From contig CAZTNT010000001.1 of the NCBI GenBank assembly GCA_964614965.1, forward strand, positions 1 to 36,074: a DNA stretch of 36,074 nucleotides. The letters run 5' to 3'. A program made the translations under genes and the position numbers. Origin of the DNA: an uncultured Lachnospiraceae bacterium. Its GTDB lineage: Bacteria > Bacillota > Clostridia > Christensenellales > UBA1242. Below the pieces are notes generated by a model. The model made no database searches, was not told where the DNA came from, and saw nothing but the letters and a program-made list of their open reading frames with translations. This document shows positions 20,301 through 27,291 of the stretch, piece by piece. How positions within the stretch are numbered: position 1 is the first letter of the stretch; each line of letters starts with the position of its first letter.

Positions 20301-22093
20301 ATGGTGTTGACAATTCTCGTTATGTACCTGATTATGGAACATATGGCACAAAAGAAAATCCATTCATAATCCATGATTTAACAACTTGGAATCGTTATTT
20401 TGATTATGACTTAAACAAGGGTATCATGACAGGATATTATCGAATTGTTAAAGATATTGACTTTGCTTCAGTTGGTAAAAACCCATCAACAAGTGAATTG
20501 ATTTTCCAAGGAAATATTCAAGGGAATAATATGCAACTCATGAATATGATGCTCTATTCAAATGAAGGTTTAGATTCATTGGGATTATTCAAAAAATTGC
20601 AAGGTGTGAGCGATAGTTCAATCCAAAATGCTGTTAGAAATTTACAAATTTCAGCAACATCAGTTTGGGCAAGTTCAACTAAATCGGTTGGAATACTTGC
20701 TGGCATCATTGAAAACTTTAACATCTATAATTTAACTATTGATTCTGAAGGCGTTATCATGGTTGGTAAAAATGCTGTTGGTGGTGTTGCGGGTGTTGTT
20801 AGAGGTGAATTTGATATGGATCAAATTTCATCAAACATCGGAGCAAACAGCACACGAGCTTCAACTTTGAATAGTTATTCAATTTATATGTCAGAAAACA
20901 ACAGCAAAAATGCTTCAGAAAATTTAAGCAATGTTTATTATGCTGGGGCTGTTGCGGGAATTTTAGACGGTTATTCAACAAGAAAGATTTATAACATTAA
21001 TGATGAAAGAAATTTGCAATCTGATTACTACAAAGTTAGAAACGTTAATGTGAGTGGGGCAGTAACAGTCGCTGGAGATACAATTGGTGGAGCTTTTGGT
21101 TTTGTTGGAGAAAGTGTTCTGGTGGATTCAGTTAATGTTAACATCACTGGTTCATTGTTCGGTTCACAATATTCAGCAGGAATTGTTGGAGAAAATAGAG
21201 GTGTTTTGAAAAATGCGAAAGTTGTTTTGCAAAACGGAATTTTCACCAATGCAAAAAATGTTCATGCTGGTGCAGTTGGATTGAATATAGGTGGACTTGT
21301 AAGCGATGTCAGCGCTCAAGCATTTATTGAAAAGAACAATTATGGATATGTTGTTGCTGGAATTGTTGGAAGGAATATTAACGGAGTTGTAACAAAAGTC
21401 TATTTCGATGGAGAGTTGTATGGTTATATCACTGGTGGAATTATTGGAACAGACTATGATTATAAAATTTACGAAAGTTTGACATCTGGTAGAAATTCCC
21501 TTAATGTTGAATGCAGAGATAATTTTAAAAACATTGTTCCTGAAAACACAGTTATGTATTCCGATGATTATAAACATTTACAAGAAGTTTCTATAGGTGG
21601 AGAAACATTGAATTGGATGATTAACAATTCAAATAGATTCTATGGCTATCAAAAACTTTCTTCAGGAGCAGAAGCAAATTTAACCAACTACACAGTTGAA
21701 AGCAAAGTCTTAGGACTTGTTGTTGGATTGAGTTATGATAATTCAGTTGCTCCAATTGGAGGAATTTATAAAGATATAAAAGAAACAAAAATTATCTTTA
21801 ATGGTCCAATAGATTCAACCGATGATAAAATGGATATAACAAGCGTAACTGTAAATGATAATAATGATGACATGATTACTACATATAACTTTAATGTATA
21901 TGGAAATATCGAACTAGAACTTAAAGAAGGAACAACATTCAATTTTGTTTCTCAAACGGGCGATATAAGTTATGTAATGTATTTATTGGGTTCTACAGTT
22001 GCATCATTTGATTCTTGGTCTACTTATGATGGCGAATATTTGATTTTTGGAACTTATACTCAAGAATCAATTCAAACTGAGCCTGAAAATTAA
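11399..22093 (+). CDS. Giant (3,564 aa) surface lipoprotein with three GLUG-like parallel beta-helix modules and an Ig-like (Big_2-like) domain
   Basis: Uninterrupted 10,695-nt ORF. The signal peptide has lipobox-like LFSC (Cys17) / FSAC (Cys23). There are three modules at about nt 14694-16100, 19008-20250 and 20338-21470. Each opens with P-x-x-I-x-x-x-E/W-D/N-F, then Y-x-L-x-x-D/N-I/L-x-L/F, then F-x-G-x-x-x-G-N-G/N-x-x-I/L (FDGNGHTITI in module 2). A train of G-G-[ILV]-[VA]-G / AGFV motifs follows. A Big_2-like segment lies at about 16390-16760 (GNVVVSVRSTDPSVIDINFDGRIIINGVGECELIFSS). Confidence 0.9.
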   Translation: MKKFYSFALIILSLFSCVVFSACGNKYKNLKMNIFSNEGEMLTVAEFVIDSSKGSTKTFCVEFLGIDKDDIGEIVVSSLPQELITVTNYSYSGNRCYVDITPNMSSGSDAKLVVSHLNSGKKKSINLSIDKKAENLNLVSNSYAIALPQTETVNHVVDFSQIVNLSPSGSTDKIYFKLADGSTLENHIKPINLTDVEGYEDVLTGFEVSVGKDFEVDIYPVTYMKGYIRGETDPYINKKIKIYFKNALSNDNVKIKDDISSLNLIANDESLNLFKVTLLNQNDELLMQTDCVNFYNLNHETSEQLKVSTFIDSNKDVIIKANTHTDDYVDVKIILSPKMPGNLPTVEKIIKVKGESKADTIYVEKFQQEVEDFNNVNIFDYYDDGGNSLGALFTFKPSTNNGSEVHEELKSMQIVIDPAILYIENCTPVPSGVSVDSTLFSLTFNHISLIPNDPFKEADLLKFTYKDGKMVSEEIGVNSRVYIKYIKHASGDGRYEPSSFGIDVVTLNKSENEFWKNLEQTKISLNFNRMEGVAKATLQAGEYYYQNNFMYPKVGAVSAPEYIYLDRLKGLNNTTANRTFVSIINESVESRDGGKIATTDFTVTVEPLQEVENPLKIAFGSINKDDLGNIGNNEKGVDKIVYKYDSKLETDIVSLVFRNNTSLGDYKITFYQENIEKVSLICRVYENLNGINESYIEIETNAKAFKNVNYIEQYQSQYIVASGQSLNLSINLPQAVLNSNIVVGYDLTQYEIKDSLIETIDEDPVEPGIDEEPINVKDYFDVKHDHDMLSTAVLDFKKGTYIKDKPQYVCLTIVVGTKIYSDITQESSEIDYSNIITLTFFIYEEIENKDASINHTSMTRYMTDCVGVYYEDLTKADLKITMADELWNYVTLIDSKQIKWSQNWSEAPIGKVENNDEHSCAITFNYSGVDSKYEVEISAFIQQFDNLFEYKCVFLVEKPILTQKLLIKSDVYESDGELYIDLKKGDTYQVEATNYSKLGDVTFDDIIIQVAAEDGQALKAYDYFEIDRTNSKIKVKDVNSAYNFTLIVFTKDVLSERIESTMSGYENPSSFIKKFDYDNNNYSNAFVKIAINLFDGSVSRPIPIHTYEDFLNINKATELHYVLKNNINLSNGFTPIENFTGSLKSFGNETFTIDGITLDGTNVNLFKDFKGEIDNIKFGVQYAYDMKSSANEVYLGLFNKNAGTLENVKVQMSGSAQLKGSATYIFGGLVGDNHNIITYSSGYGVAGKISITGEQSTTVYFGGLVGRNINLIKGYETSNNQGGTNSITIGTNGGVSHAISMIEATETTLYGESSIGGVVGLNTYDGSSVGTIKNMFVKANIDANASNVGGVIGTNKQQGTVSVEISSNIPVNFDSVLTSQNTKAIYNVKSASTINANNNVGGIVGNDENGVYVECDYQILNTTKNSICANSNVGGIAGFSKYGKFAYCSVMNYNLDYEELNVEDKTDLVISINSNADISGADYVGGIVGKAESSTDPMSSTEKRYDRVIVLYSSVNAYLKATKTDNNIGGILTQDGTKTADDGPNLLLYGVYFIGKLDGNVVYYNKTTTNNGVPTTHYFALDNGYALFDQSYSINIEENVIRCGSMSGNQLMTNWFENLSDDDYSQLALYWGWLKNVNGGHIFITTTQEANSDSLPIFDLAPESITATVVKPKATGLEKVLMLDYYDFSLNSISNEDLEKLNESYNRNQYIIDHIAGNGNRTAGLLNITAKPEKIGNVVVSVRSTDPSVIDINFDGRIIINGVGECELIFSSILNTEAEARIKVVVDYPIGDQFNITKYPNDEGRIVSGTEKIAQGTTKQYYVLTSGSKTINQKSNEKTYSYITKTNVWLDIAIECNDVIIEDYVQISGKTATSVDSKLSIKLDDKTPFTISVLKMLEDDQFTFTIKPFVVVDDIEVYLETVDNQEASTTFNLSTLKGVTGVSFSYDDAIVYPNDTVYLTMQLQTDDPLCPDTTTSSANGDVQIRIDVLKNVISNLLNLDPDTQNLYNLSLMLNNNPNVKCAINVDRSSYNKNTQIQTIVLRIEFEDMNLEEPENMKITLSTLEDDAYAQVNFKIIPQRINKIEVKNYYYRLDDNQEKVLELYDVLKPNDFGLMIIDLVPNNAYYDYLEISDITGNEEIVFIQIDGDGKAYNLQDVSSDGKGIKLYNYNSSRLYVRTQISNTYSSKLHTIEIRAYASDRTQLGDSYRKQIDVRMLPQIDIKYLKPDGSVGASLNSTDNETSKDGLYLATGVDAIFTITTQNADEIIVSKDGSSAGDYEIEKITETQYRLKATNKVDIGNKITLKVKAISEINANDTDETECSITFTIVDFVIHGVSVNSSINNLTTKEIYGYYNRDVKLNFYFSKTDVSYYDSSSTGEKFWDTEYNYGDAYDETDDNLVKIYSILQALNGYDSAGNLQETNDYLILNKNKKETSGQYDEDEILNQGQVSGQKVQLYQNVLTVQEGYDKETVEKDGKEVEVDSPKYLAVAFKLNYDKEAPTPSWELATLNSSIDRGVVDYSYIVDVNFKLNFMNVTQWDNPEVVNNVEDFYNMESGKQYILNTDLTLENHTPIDADLVYFDGNGHTITIHSFSTFEGTQMNAGLFAQVYPNMIVKNVNVKYVSMNVNGNYTFGLVKGKSNGSYEVEYADLSQGSAALTNANFGGVCAVNKGIITNCYVSGLIAVTASALGTSEAMNLGGLVAENSSTGYITNSHSELNMFALANIGGFVNSNNGKIASCGVEENATIYGYQPNLENTITAQFAGFVVQNAGEISMSYVNLNASRIEIGYAKKNMVNNEIENDYLRLEINGGKMSVKDSSAGFVYSNSGNIYDAYVQMTEIGVNNNYFAGFVYSNSGNINRAYTYLNEGKIDISNTFMFAPSKTSGIENSVEFMSSTSSSYNNGIDGLETKPIAIRYSRSFFETLGFAFGDNESAVWQTSAGNAPKLVSAKRLEFKALTINYVPDNDVSDGVDNSRYVPDYGTYGTKENPFIIHDLTTWNRYFDYDLNKGIMTGYYRIVKDIDFASVGKNPSTSELIFQGNIQGNNMQLMNMMLYSNEGLDSLGLFKKLQGVSDSSIQNAVRNLQISATSVWASSTKSVGILAGIIENFNIYNLTIDSEGVIMVGKNAVGGVAGVVRGEFDMDQISSNIGANSTRASTLNSYSIYMSENNSKNASENLSNVYYAGAVAGILDGYSTRKIYNINDERNLQSDYYKVRNVNVSGAVTVAGDTIGGAFGFVGESVLVDSVNVNITGSLFGSQYSAGIVGENRGVLKNAKVVLQNGIFTNAKNVHAGAVGLNIGGLVSDVSAQAFIEKNNYGYVVAGIVGRNINGVVTKVYFDGELYGYITGGIIGTDYDYKIYESLTSGRNSLNVECRDNFKNIVPENTVMYSDDYKHLQEVSIGGETLNWMINNSNRFYGYQKLSSGAEANLTNYTVESKVLGLVVGLSYDNSVAPIGGIYKDIKETKIIFNGPIDSTDDKMDITSVTVNDNNDDMITTYNFNVYGNIELELKEGTTFNFVSQTGDISYVMYLLGSTVASFDSWSTYDGEYLIFGTYTQESIQTEPEN

Positions 22094-22100
22094 TAAACAC

Positions 22101-22128
22101 TTGACAAATTTCATATTTAAATTAAAAT
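22101..22128 (+). promoter_or_regulatory. Sigma-A-type promoter positioned for a leaderless queH transcript
   Basis: TTGACA (22101-22106), 16-nt spacer, TAAAAT (22123-22128), 6 nt (attagt), ATG at 22135. No SD. Confidence 0.45.
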
Positions 22129-22134
22129 ATTAGT

Positions 22135-22716
22135 ATGAAAATTGATTACAACAAAATAATGCAAGAAGAAATAAGTAGTTTTGGTGAAAAGCCAAAACTA
22201 CTTTTGCATTGTTGTTGTGCACCTTGTTCAAGTGCTGTGATTGAGAGAATTAAAGAGTTTTTTGATATTACCTTTTACTATTACAATCCAAACATATTCC
22301 CGCAAGAAGAATATGTTTTGCGTCAAAGTGAATTTAAAAAATTGGGTGTTAAAGTGGTGGCGGAACAATATAACCATGAAGAATTCTTAAGGGTTATAAA
22401 AGGTAAAGAAAACGAAAAAGAAGGTGGAATTCGTTGTCAAATTTGCATCGCTGAAAGATTGGATAAAACTTTTCAGTATGCTATTGAAAATGGTTATGAT
22501 GTTGTCACAACAACTCTTTCGATTAGTCCACATAAAGATTGTGAATTTATAAATCAACTTGGTGAAAGACTGCAAGATAAGTATGGAGTTAAATATCTTC
22601 ATGCAGATTTCAAGAAGCAAAATGGCTATTTAAGAAGCATTCAAATCTGCAAAGAACTTGGAATTTATCGTCAAGATTATTGTGGCTGTGAATTTTCAAT
22701 TGAAAAGAAAAATTAG
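22135..22716 (+). CDS. queH: Epoxyqueuosine reductase QueH (DUF208 family)
   Basis: 193 aa. LLLHCCCAPCSS, YYYNPNIFP..EY, ISPHKD and the C-terminal YRQDYCGCEFS are the signature Cys/His motifs of QueH. Confidence 0.85.
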   Translation: MKIDYNKIMQEEISSFGEKPKLLLHCCCAPCSSAVIERIKEFFDITFYYYNPNIFPQEEYVLRQSEFKKLGVKVVAEQYNHEEFLRVIKGKENEKEGGIRCQICIAERLDKTFQYAIENGYDVVTTTLSISPHKDCEFINQLGERLQDKYGVKYLHADFKKQNGYLRSIQICKELGIYRQDYCGCEFSIEKKN

Positions 22717-22735
22717 TTTTAGCATATATAAACAT

Positions 22736-23752
22736 ATGTTAAACAAAAAGATTATATATAGAAATAATTTAATAAATAATATAAAGCAAGTCAAAAAAGA
22801 AAATCCAAATTCAAAAATTTGTGCAATGGTAAAGTCAAATGCTTATGGTGTGGGCGATAAGATTGTTGTTCAAACGCTTGAATCTTTTGTGGATTTTTGG
22901 GGAGTGGCTTGCTTTTTTGAGGCAAAGCGAATTTCAAGTTTAACTAAAAGACCTATTTTAATTGTTGGAGCATGTGGGAAAGATGAAGTTGATGAAAGAT
23001 TTTCATATTCATGCTTTGATTTGGAACAACTTGAATTTTTGATTTCATTAAACAAAAAAATAAATATTCATTTAAAGATTAACACTGGTATGAATAGATT
23101 TGGATTTAAAAACTTAAAAGATTTAAAGAAAGCATTAAAAATGATTTTAAATAGCAGGTTGAATCTTGAAGGAATTTTCACACATTTTGCCACAAACGAT
23201 GAATTTACACAACATCAAATGAATGAGTTTAAAAAATTTGTTCAGCTAACGCACACATTTGGGTTAAATCCAATTGTGCATGCAGATAATAGTTTTGTTA
23301 ACGAACAACAAAATCATCAATTAGATATGGTTAGAATTGGTTTTAGTTTATATAACAGATGTGATGGTTGGTTTTTGCCAGCAATAGAAATAAAAAGCAC
23401 AGTTGTTCAAATTCAAGATGTTAAAAAGAACGAATTGATAGGTTATAATTATAGGTGCGTGGCAAAAAGCAATATGAAAGTTGCGATAATGCCTTTAGGT
23501 TATGCTGATGGATTTGATATGAAATTTTTGGGAATAGAAATTAATATCAATGGAATTAAATGTAAAGTTTTAAACATATGTATGGATTGTTTTATGCTTG
23601 ATGTAACAAAAACTAACTTTAAAAAAGGGGATGAAATCTATTTGTTAAATAAATTTAATCCCCTGAAAGCTTATGCTGATTATGCAGAGACCTCAGTTTA
23701 TGAAGTTATGACTAAATTTTCTCATATGAGAGCAGAGAAAATTTTAATTTAA
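22736..23752 (+). CDS. alr: Alanine racemase
   Basis: 338 aa from the ATG at 22736. ICAMVKSNAYGVG contains the PLP-lysine motif (VKANAYGHG consensus). FTHFA and GYADG motifs are present. The track ORF starts at a TTG (22658) inside queH, which I reject. Confidence 0.85.
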   Translation: MLNKKIIYRNNLINNIKQVKKENPNSKICAMVKSNAYGVGDKIVVQTLESFVDFWGVACFFEAKRISSLTKRPILIVGACGKDEVDERFSYSCFDLEQLEFLISLNKKINIHLKINTGMNRFGFKNLKDLKKALKMILNSRLNLEGIFTHFATNDEFTQHQMNEFKKFVQLTHTFGLNPIVHADNSFVNEQQNHQLDMVRIGFSLYNRCDGWFLPAIEIKSTVVQIQDVKKNELIGYNYRCVAKSNMKVAIMPLGYADGFDMKFLGIEININGIKCKVLNICMDCFMLDVTKTNFKKGDEIYLLNKFNPLKAYADYAETSVYEVMTKFSHMRAEKILI

Positions 23753-24471
23753 TTTTTGTCTCCTCGCATTGCAAATATGAACAACAGAACTCTAACTAAT
23801 GATAAAACCGATGTGATTAATGCGGCAACATATGTCCATGCTGCTGCATTTAAAACCTTCTTTGCAGATTTTGCTTCTTCCTCGGTTAATTCGTGTGTGC
23901 TAACTAACATTTTGTAAGCACGATTACTTGCATTTAGTTCAACTGGAAGTGTGACTAAACAGAAAATCGTGTTTAAAGCATAAATTCCAAGACCAATATA
24001 AATTAAAGTTGTTGCCCAAGTTGCCATGTAAGCCACTTCAAAAATTAATCCCAAAACAATCAATGGCCACATAAAATAACTTGAAATATTTAAAATTGGT
24101 ACCAAAGCTTTTCTGATTTTAATTGGAGTATAGCCTTGTTTATGTTGAAAAACGTGACCAACTTCATGCGCTGCAACACCGATGGCTGAAATGGAATTTT
24201 CATTTGCAACATTTTGCGAAAGAGAAACAGTGTTTGTTTTTGGATTGAAATTATCTGTTAGTTCACCGCGGATTTCTTTAATCTGTGTGTCGTAACAACC
24301 ACCTCCATTTAACATTGTTCTTGCAACATCTTTTGCTGTTCTTCCTCTTGAAGAAGAAACGGAAGAGAATTCATCAAAAGTGGTTTTAACTTTTATTTGA
24401 GCGAAAACACCTAACATAATTCCAGGAATCATAACGAAACCTAAAATGTAATAAACAAGATATGCGTACAT
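23749..24471 (-). CDS. YugP-like membrane zinc metallopeptidase (Zn_peptidase_2 family)
   Basis: 240 aa. An N-terminal TM is followed by ...TVSLSQNV...SISAIGVAAHEVGHVFQH (HExxH), then C-terminal TM helices, the characteristic YugP layout. AGGAGA SD. Confidence 0.8.
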   Translation of the reverse strand: MYAYLVYYILGFVMIPGIMLGVFAQIKVKTTFDEFSSVSSSRGRTAKDVARTMLNGGGCYDTQIKEIRGELTDNFNPKTNTVSLSQNVANENSISAIGVAAHEVGHVFQHKQGYTPIKIRKALVPILNISSYFMWPLIVLGLIFEVAYMATWATTLIYIGLGIYALNTIFCLVTLPVELNASNRAYKMLVSTHELTEEEAKSAKKVLNAAAWTYVAALITSVLSLVRVLLFIFAMRGDKN

Positions 24472-24703
24472 AATCTCTCCTTTAAATTATGATATAATTA
24501 TTTTATATTTTTGTCAATAAAATATGTTTCAAAGTGATTTTTTATTATTTTTAATTAATTTATAAATAATTTTTTTTAAAAAATTAAATAAAATTCGCGA
24601 ATTATTAATTTTGTACATATATTTGTAATTCTACATTATAATAAAAAAATTTTAAAAAAATTAAAAAAATATTAAAAAATTATTAGTAATTAATATTTCT
24701 TTG

Positions 24704-24712
24704 TGTTATAAT
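24704..24712 (+). promoter_or_regulatory. Extended -10 promoter element upstream of the AT-hook protein gene
   Basis: TGtTATAAT at 24704-24712. No good -35, which is acceptable for extended -10 promoters. Confidence 0.35.
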
Positions 24713-24805
24713 AACAATGTAGATTAATGTCAAATGAAACAAATTATTGGTGAAAATTTGTGGCTTTGGCAACAAAATCATTTTGTGATATTAAGGGGTA
24801 TTTTT

Positions 24806-27229
24806 ATGGTCAACGTTTTTAAATATGTGGACAAGTTCTTCACATCATTGACAAATTATCTAACGTACAACTATATTTTTATTATCTTTATTGGATTATT
24901 TTTGTTCACTGCTTTATGTGTGATTTTTTTCACATCTCGTTCTTATGAAGCAAGATTAATAAAAGCAATTGATAAATTTAATGTTTATTTTATTGATAAT
25001 CCGCATATTAACGAGGAAAATTTGGTTGCGTTTAACGCAAAAATGAAGTCAAGAAAAGTTCCAAAGCAATTGAGAAAGAGTTGGCAACAATTCGTGCTTT
25101 ATCGTGAAGGAAAAGCAAGTTCTTATATGTCTTTTGAAAATTGCGTTGCAAATCCAATCAAAAACAGCACTTACACTCGTGATTTGAAAACAATGAATTC
25201 TTTTGCTTGGATTTTCAGCATATCTTCAATGATTTTAAATGCATATTATTGCTATGAAGTAGGCGATTTGGCTTCAATCTTGCAAAGCATTTTGCTCACT
25301 CCAGTTCTTATCCTATTATTGAATTACATAGTTCAAATTTTCTTAAATTTAAGACACAGCGCAATTGTTAGTGATTTATTCCAAAATTATCAATATTTTG
25401 AAGTTAACATTGACAAAGCAACTGAAACATTACCTGATTATGTTGATTATGAAGTTTTGTTTGACAAAAATGAAATTAAAAAAGGTATTCCAATTCTTTA
25501 TGCGTATCTTCAAAAACGTGCAGAAGAGGAACAACGAGAATTGGAAAGAGCTCGACTTAGAAACGTTGAACACGAAAAATTCAATTTTGATGATCAAGGG
25601 GTGGCTGCCTCTTTGGTTCTTGAAAGAGCGATGCAAGAAGCTGAAAACTATATTGCAGAACGTAAAAAATATAACCAAAACATTGGTCAAATTAACTCAG
25701 ATATCACTCAAGAAGATATGAATTATCGTGAAATCACGAAAGAATATAACCGTCAAATGCAAGTCAGCAAGGAAACATTTGAAAACTTCAAATCTCAATT
25801 GCAAGATGTTTCTTCTTCAATTGAAGCAAACTATTTAAAGAAGCAACAACAACAAGAATTGGATCGTCAACGTAATTTGGAACGTGACTTTGACACTGCA
25901 ACTGAAAGACATAAAAAAGTTATCGATGATTATCATGCAGAGCTTGATACTGTTGACAAATTTATTGCAACAAGTAGAAAAAATCTTGAAGATGCAATGA
26001 AGAGTGAGTTTAGTTCTTACAGTAGCAAAGTCTATGATGAAGCAAAGAAACTCGTTGAAGAAAGAGAAAAAGAAAAGATTGCTCAATTGAAGCAAGAAAT
26101 TGAAAATTTGGAAGAAGCTATTGTTGCAAAAAATCAAGAACTCGACAATGTTTATCAACAAAATCAAATTATGAGTGATAAACTTGAAGAGATTGGAATT
26201 GCTGTTAATGAACAACCGGGATATTCATCTTCATTTAAGCCAACAGAAACTGAACAACCTAAACAAGAACAACCAACATTTGAACCTTTAAAAGCAGAAC
26301 CTGTTGTAAATGAAGAACCAGAAGATGAAGAACCTCCAGTTGCTGAAATCAAACCAGAGTTCGTTGAACCTGTGGAAGAAACTCAAGCAGAAATAGAAGA
26401 AACTCCAGAAGAAACGGAAGAGGTTCAAGAAGAATTGGCGGAGCAAGAAACTGTTCAACCTGAAAACATTGAAAAAACTGAATATCTTTCTATAGAAGAA
26501 ATGATAGAACAATTAAAAGAAGAACAAGCAAATGAAGAAGCAACAGAAGAATTAAAAGAAGAAGATCAATTTTTTGATTTCGATGAGGAACTTCCATATG
26601 AACAATTAAATGCTGAAGATTTAAAACAAATCTCCACCGAATCAATTGATGATAGCATTGAAACAAAGCCAGTGTCAAAAAGGGGTAGACCAAGAAAGGT
26701 CGTTGATATGGCTCAAACTCAAGGGGAAAAGAAAAAGAGAGGTCGTCCAAGAAAAGAAAAGGTTGATGTTCAAGAACAACCAAAACGTAAAGTTGGTAGA
26801 CCTAAAAAATCAGAAAGCGTTGTTGAAACACAAGGATTATCAACTGAACCAAAACATGGAAGGGGAAGACCTAAAAAGCAAGTTGCTCAAGTCGAGGAAA
26901 AGGTTAAACTTGGTGTTGGTAGACCCAAAAAGGTTTCAACAGAAGAAGTGAAAACAGCTCCAGTAAAAAAAGGTCGTGGTCGTCCAAGAAAAGTTGTTGT
27001 AGAACAACCTGAGGTATCTCAAGTTAAGAGGGGTCGTGGTCGTCCAAGAAAAACTGAGCAAGAACAGGTTTCTAGCATTGCAAACGAAAAGGTTGAGAAT
27101 TTGTCAGACATCAAGGAAATTGATGAATATTTAAAAGAAATTGACAATCAAATTGCAGCTGAAAATGCAAAACTTGAAGAAACTCAAAGAGAACTTGCAA
27201 AAAAAGCTAAATTAAGAGCAAAAAAATAA
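24806..27229 (+). CDS. Membrane-anchored coiled-coil protein with an acidic E/P-rich spacer and seven C-terminal AT-hook (RGRP) motifs
   Basis: 807 aa from the ATG at 24806 (AAGGGG SD at 24793-24798). The upstream ATG at 24734 has no SD. It has three hydrophobic TM segments in the first ~200 aa, a charged heptad-like region, and an E/P-rich acidic region (nt ~26200-26650). Seven hooks follow at nt 26678-27052: KRGRPRK, KRGRPRK, KVGRPKK, GRGRPKK, GVGRPKK, GRGRPRK, GRGRPRK. It ends in a short coiled coil. Confidence 0.8.
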   Translation: MVNVFKYVDKFFTSLTNYLTYNYIFIIFIGLFLFTALCVIFFTSRSYEARLIKAIDKFNVYFIDNPHINEENLVAFNAKMKSRKVPKQLRKSWQQFVLYREGKASSYMSFENCVANPIKNSTYTRDLKTMNSFAWIFSISSMILNAYYCYEVGDLASILQSILLTPVLILLLNYIVQIFLNLRHSAIVSDLFQNYQYFEVNIDKATETLPDYVDYEVLFDKNEIKKGIPILYAYLQKRAEEEQRELERARLRNVEHEKFNFDDQGVAASLVLERAMQEAENYIAERKKYNQNIGQINSDITQEDMNYREITKEYNRQMQVSKETFENFKSQLQDVSSSIEANYLKKQQQQELDRQRNLERDFDTATERHKKVIDDYHAELDTVDKFIATSRKNLEDAMKSEFSSYSSKVYDEAKKLVEEREKEKIAQLKQEIENLEEAIVAKNQELDNVYQQNQIMSDKLEEIGIAVNEQPGYSSSFKPTETEQPKQEQPTFEPLKAEPVVNEEPEDEEPPVAEIKPEFVEPVEETQAEIEETPEETEEVQEELAEQETVQPENIEKTEYLSIEEMIEQLKEEQANEEATEELKEEDQFFDFDEELPYEQLNAEDLKQISTESIDDSIETKPVSKRGRPRKVVDMAQTQGEKKKRGRPRKEKVDVQEQPKRKVGRPKKSESVVETQGLSTEPKHGRGRPKKQVAQVEEKVKLGVGRPKKVSTEEVKTAPVKKGRGRPRKVVVEQPEVSQVKRGRGRPRKTEQEQVSSIANEKVENLSDIKEIDEYLKEIDNQIAAENAKLEETQRELAKKAKLRAKK

Positions 27230-27250
27230 GGCATCATGCCTTATTTTTTT
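27228..27250 (+). terminator. Rho-independent terminator
   Basis: AAGGCAT (27228-27234), C, ATGCCTT (27236-27242), followed by ATTTTTTT. The innermost pairs must open to form a loop. Confidence 0.6.
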
Positions 27251-27291
27251 GTTTCTAACAACAAAACACATTTTCGCTAGACAATAGTTTT

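Noticed and set aside
21173-21577. Antisense and nested ORFs from the track (for example 145-360, 2812-3087, 16537-16746, 21173-21577, 25365-25721, 25835-26215, 26490-26783, 31795-32091)
   Set aside because: All lie fully inside much longer ORFs with recognisable or coherent products. They lack SDs or promoters, and their low-complexity translations are typical of chance ORFs in AT-rich DNA.
11399-22093. Giant ORF as an assembly artefact of collapsed or concatenated repeats
   Set aside because: The three beta-helix modules are clearly diverged at the nucleotide level; only 22-34-nt perfect matches exist. The frame is continuous across 10.7 kb, and the promoter, SD, signal peptide and stop are all in sensible places. 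Long-read confirmation is still desirable.
22658-22735. Track-suggested N-terminal extensions (alr from TTG 22658; also 3913 GTG for hup, 5662 GTG for the peptidase, 6334 for rlmH, 10424 for the kinase, 24734 for the AT-hook protein, 30569 TTG for the 1,492-aa protein)
   Set aside because: Each extension lacks an SD, overlaps the upstream gene or adds non-conserved residues. In each case an internal ATG with a well-spaced SD coincides with the conserved N-terminus of the family.
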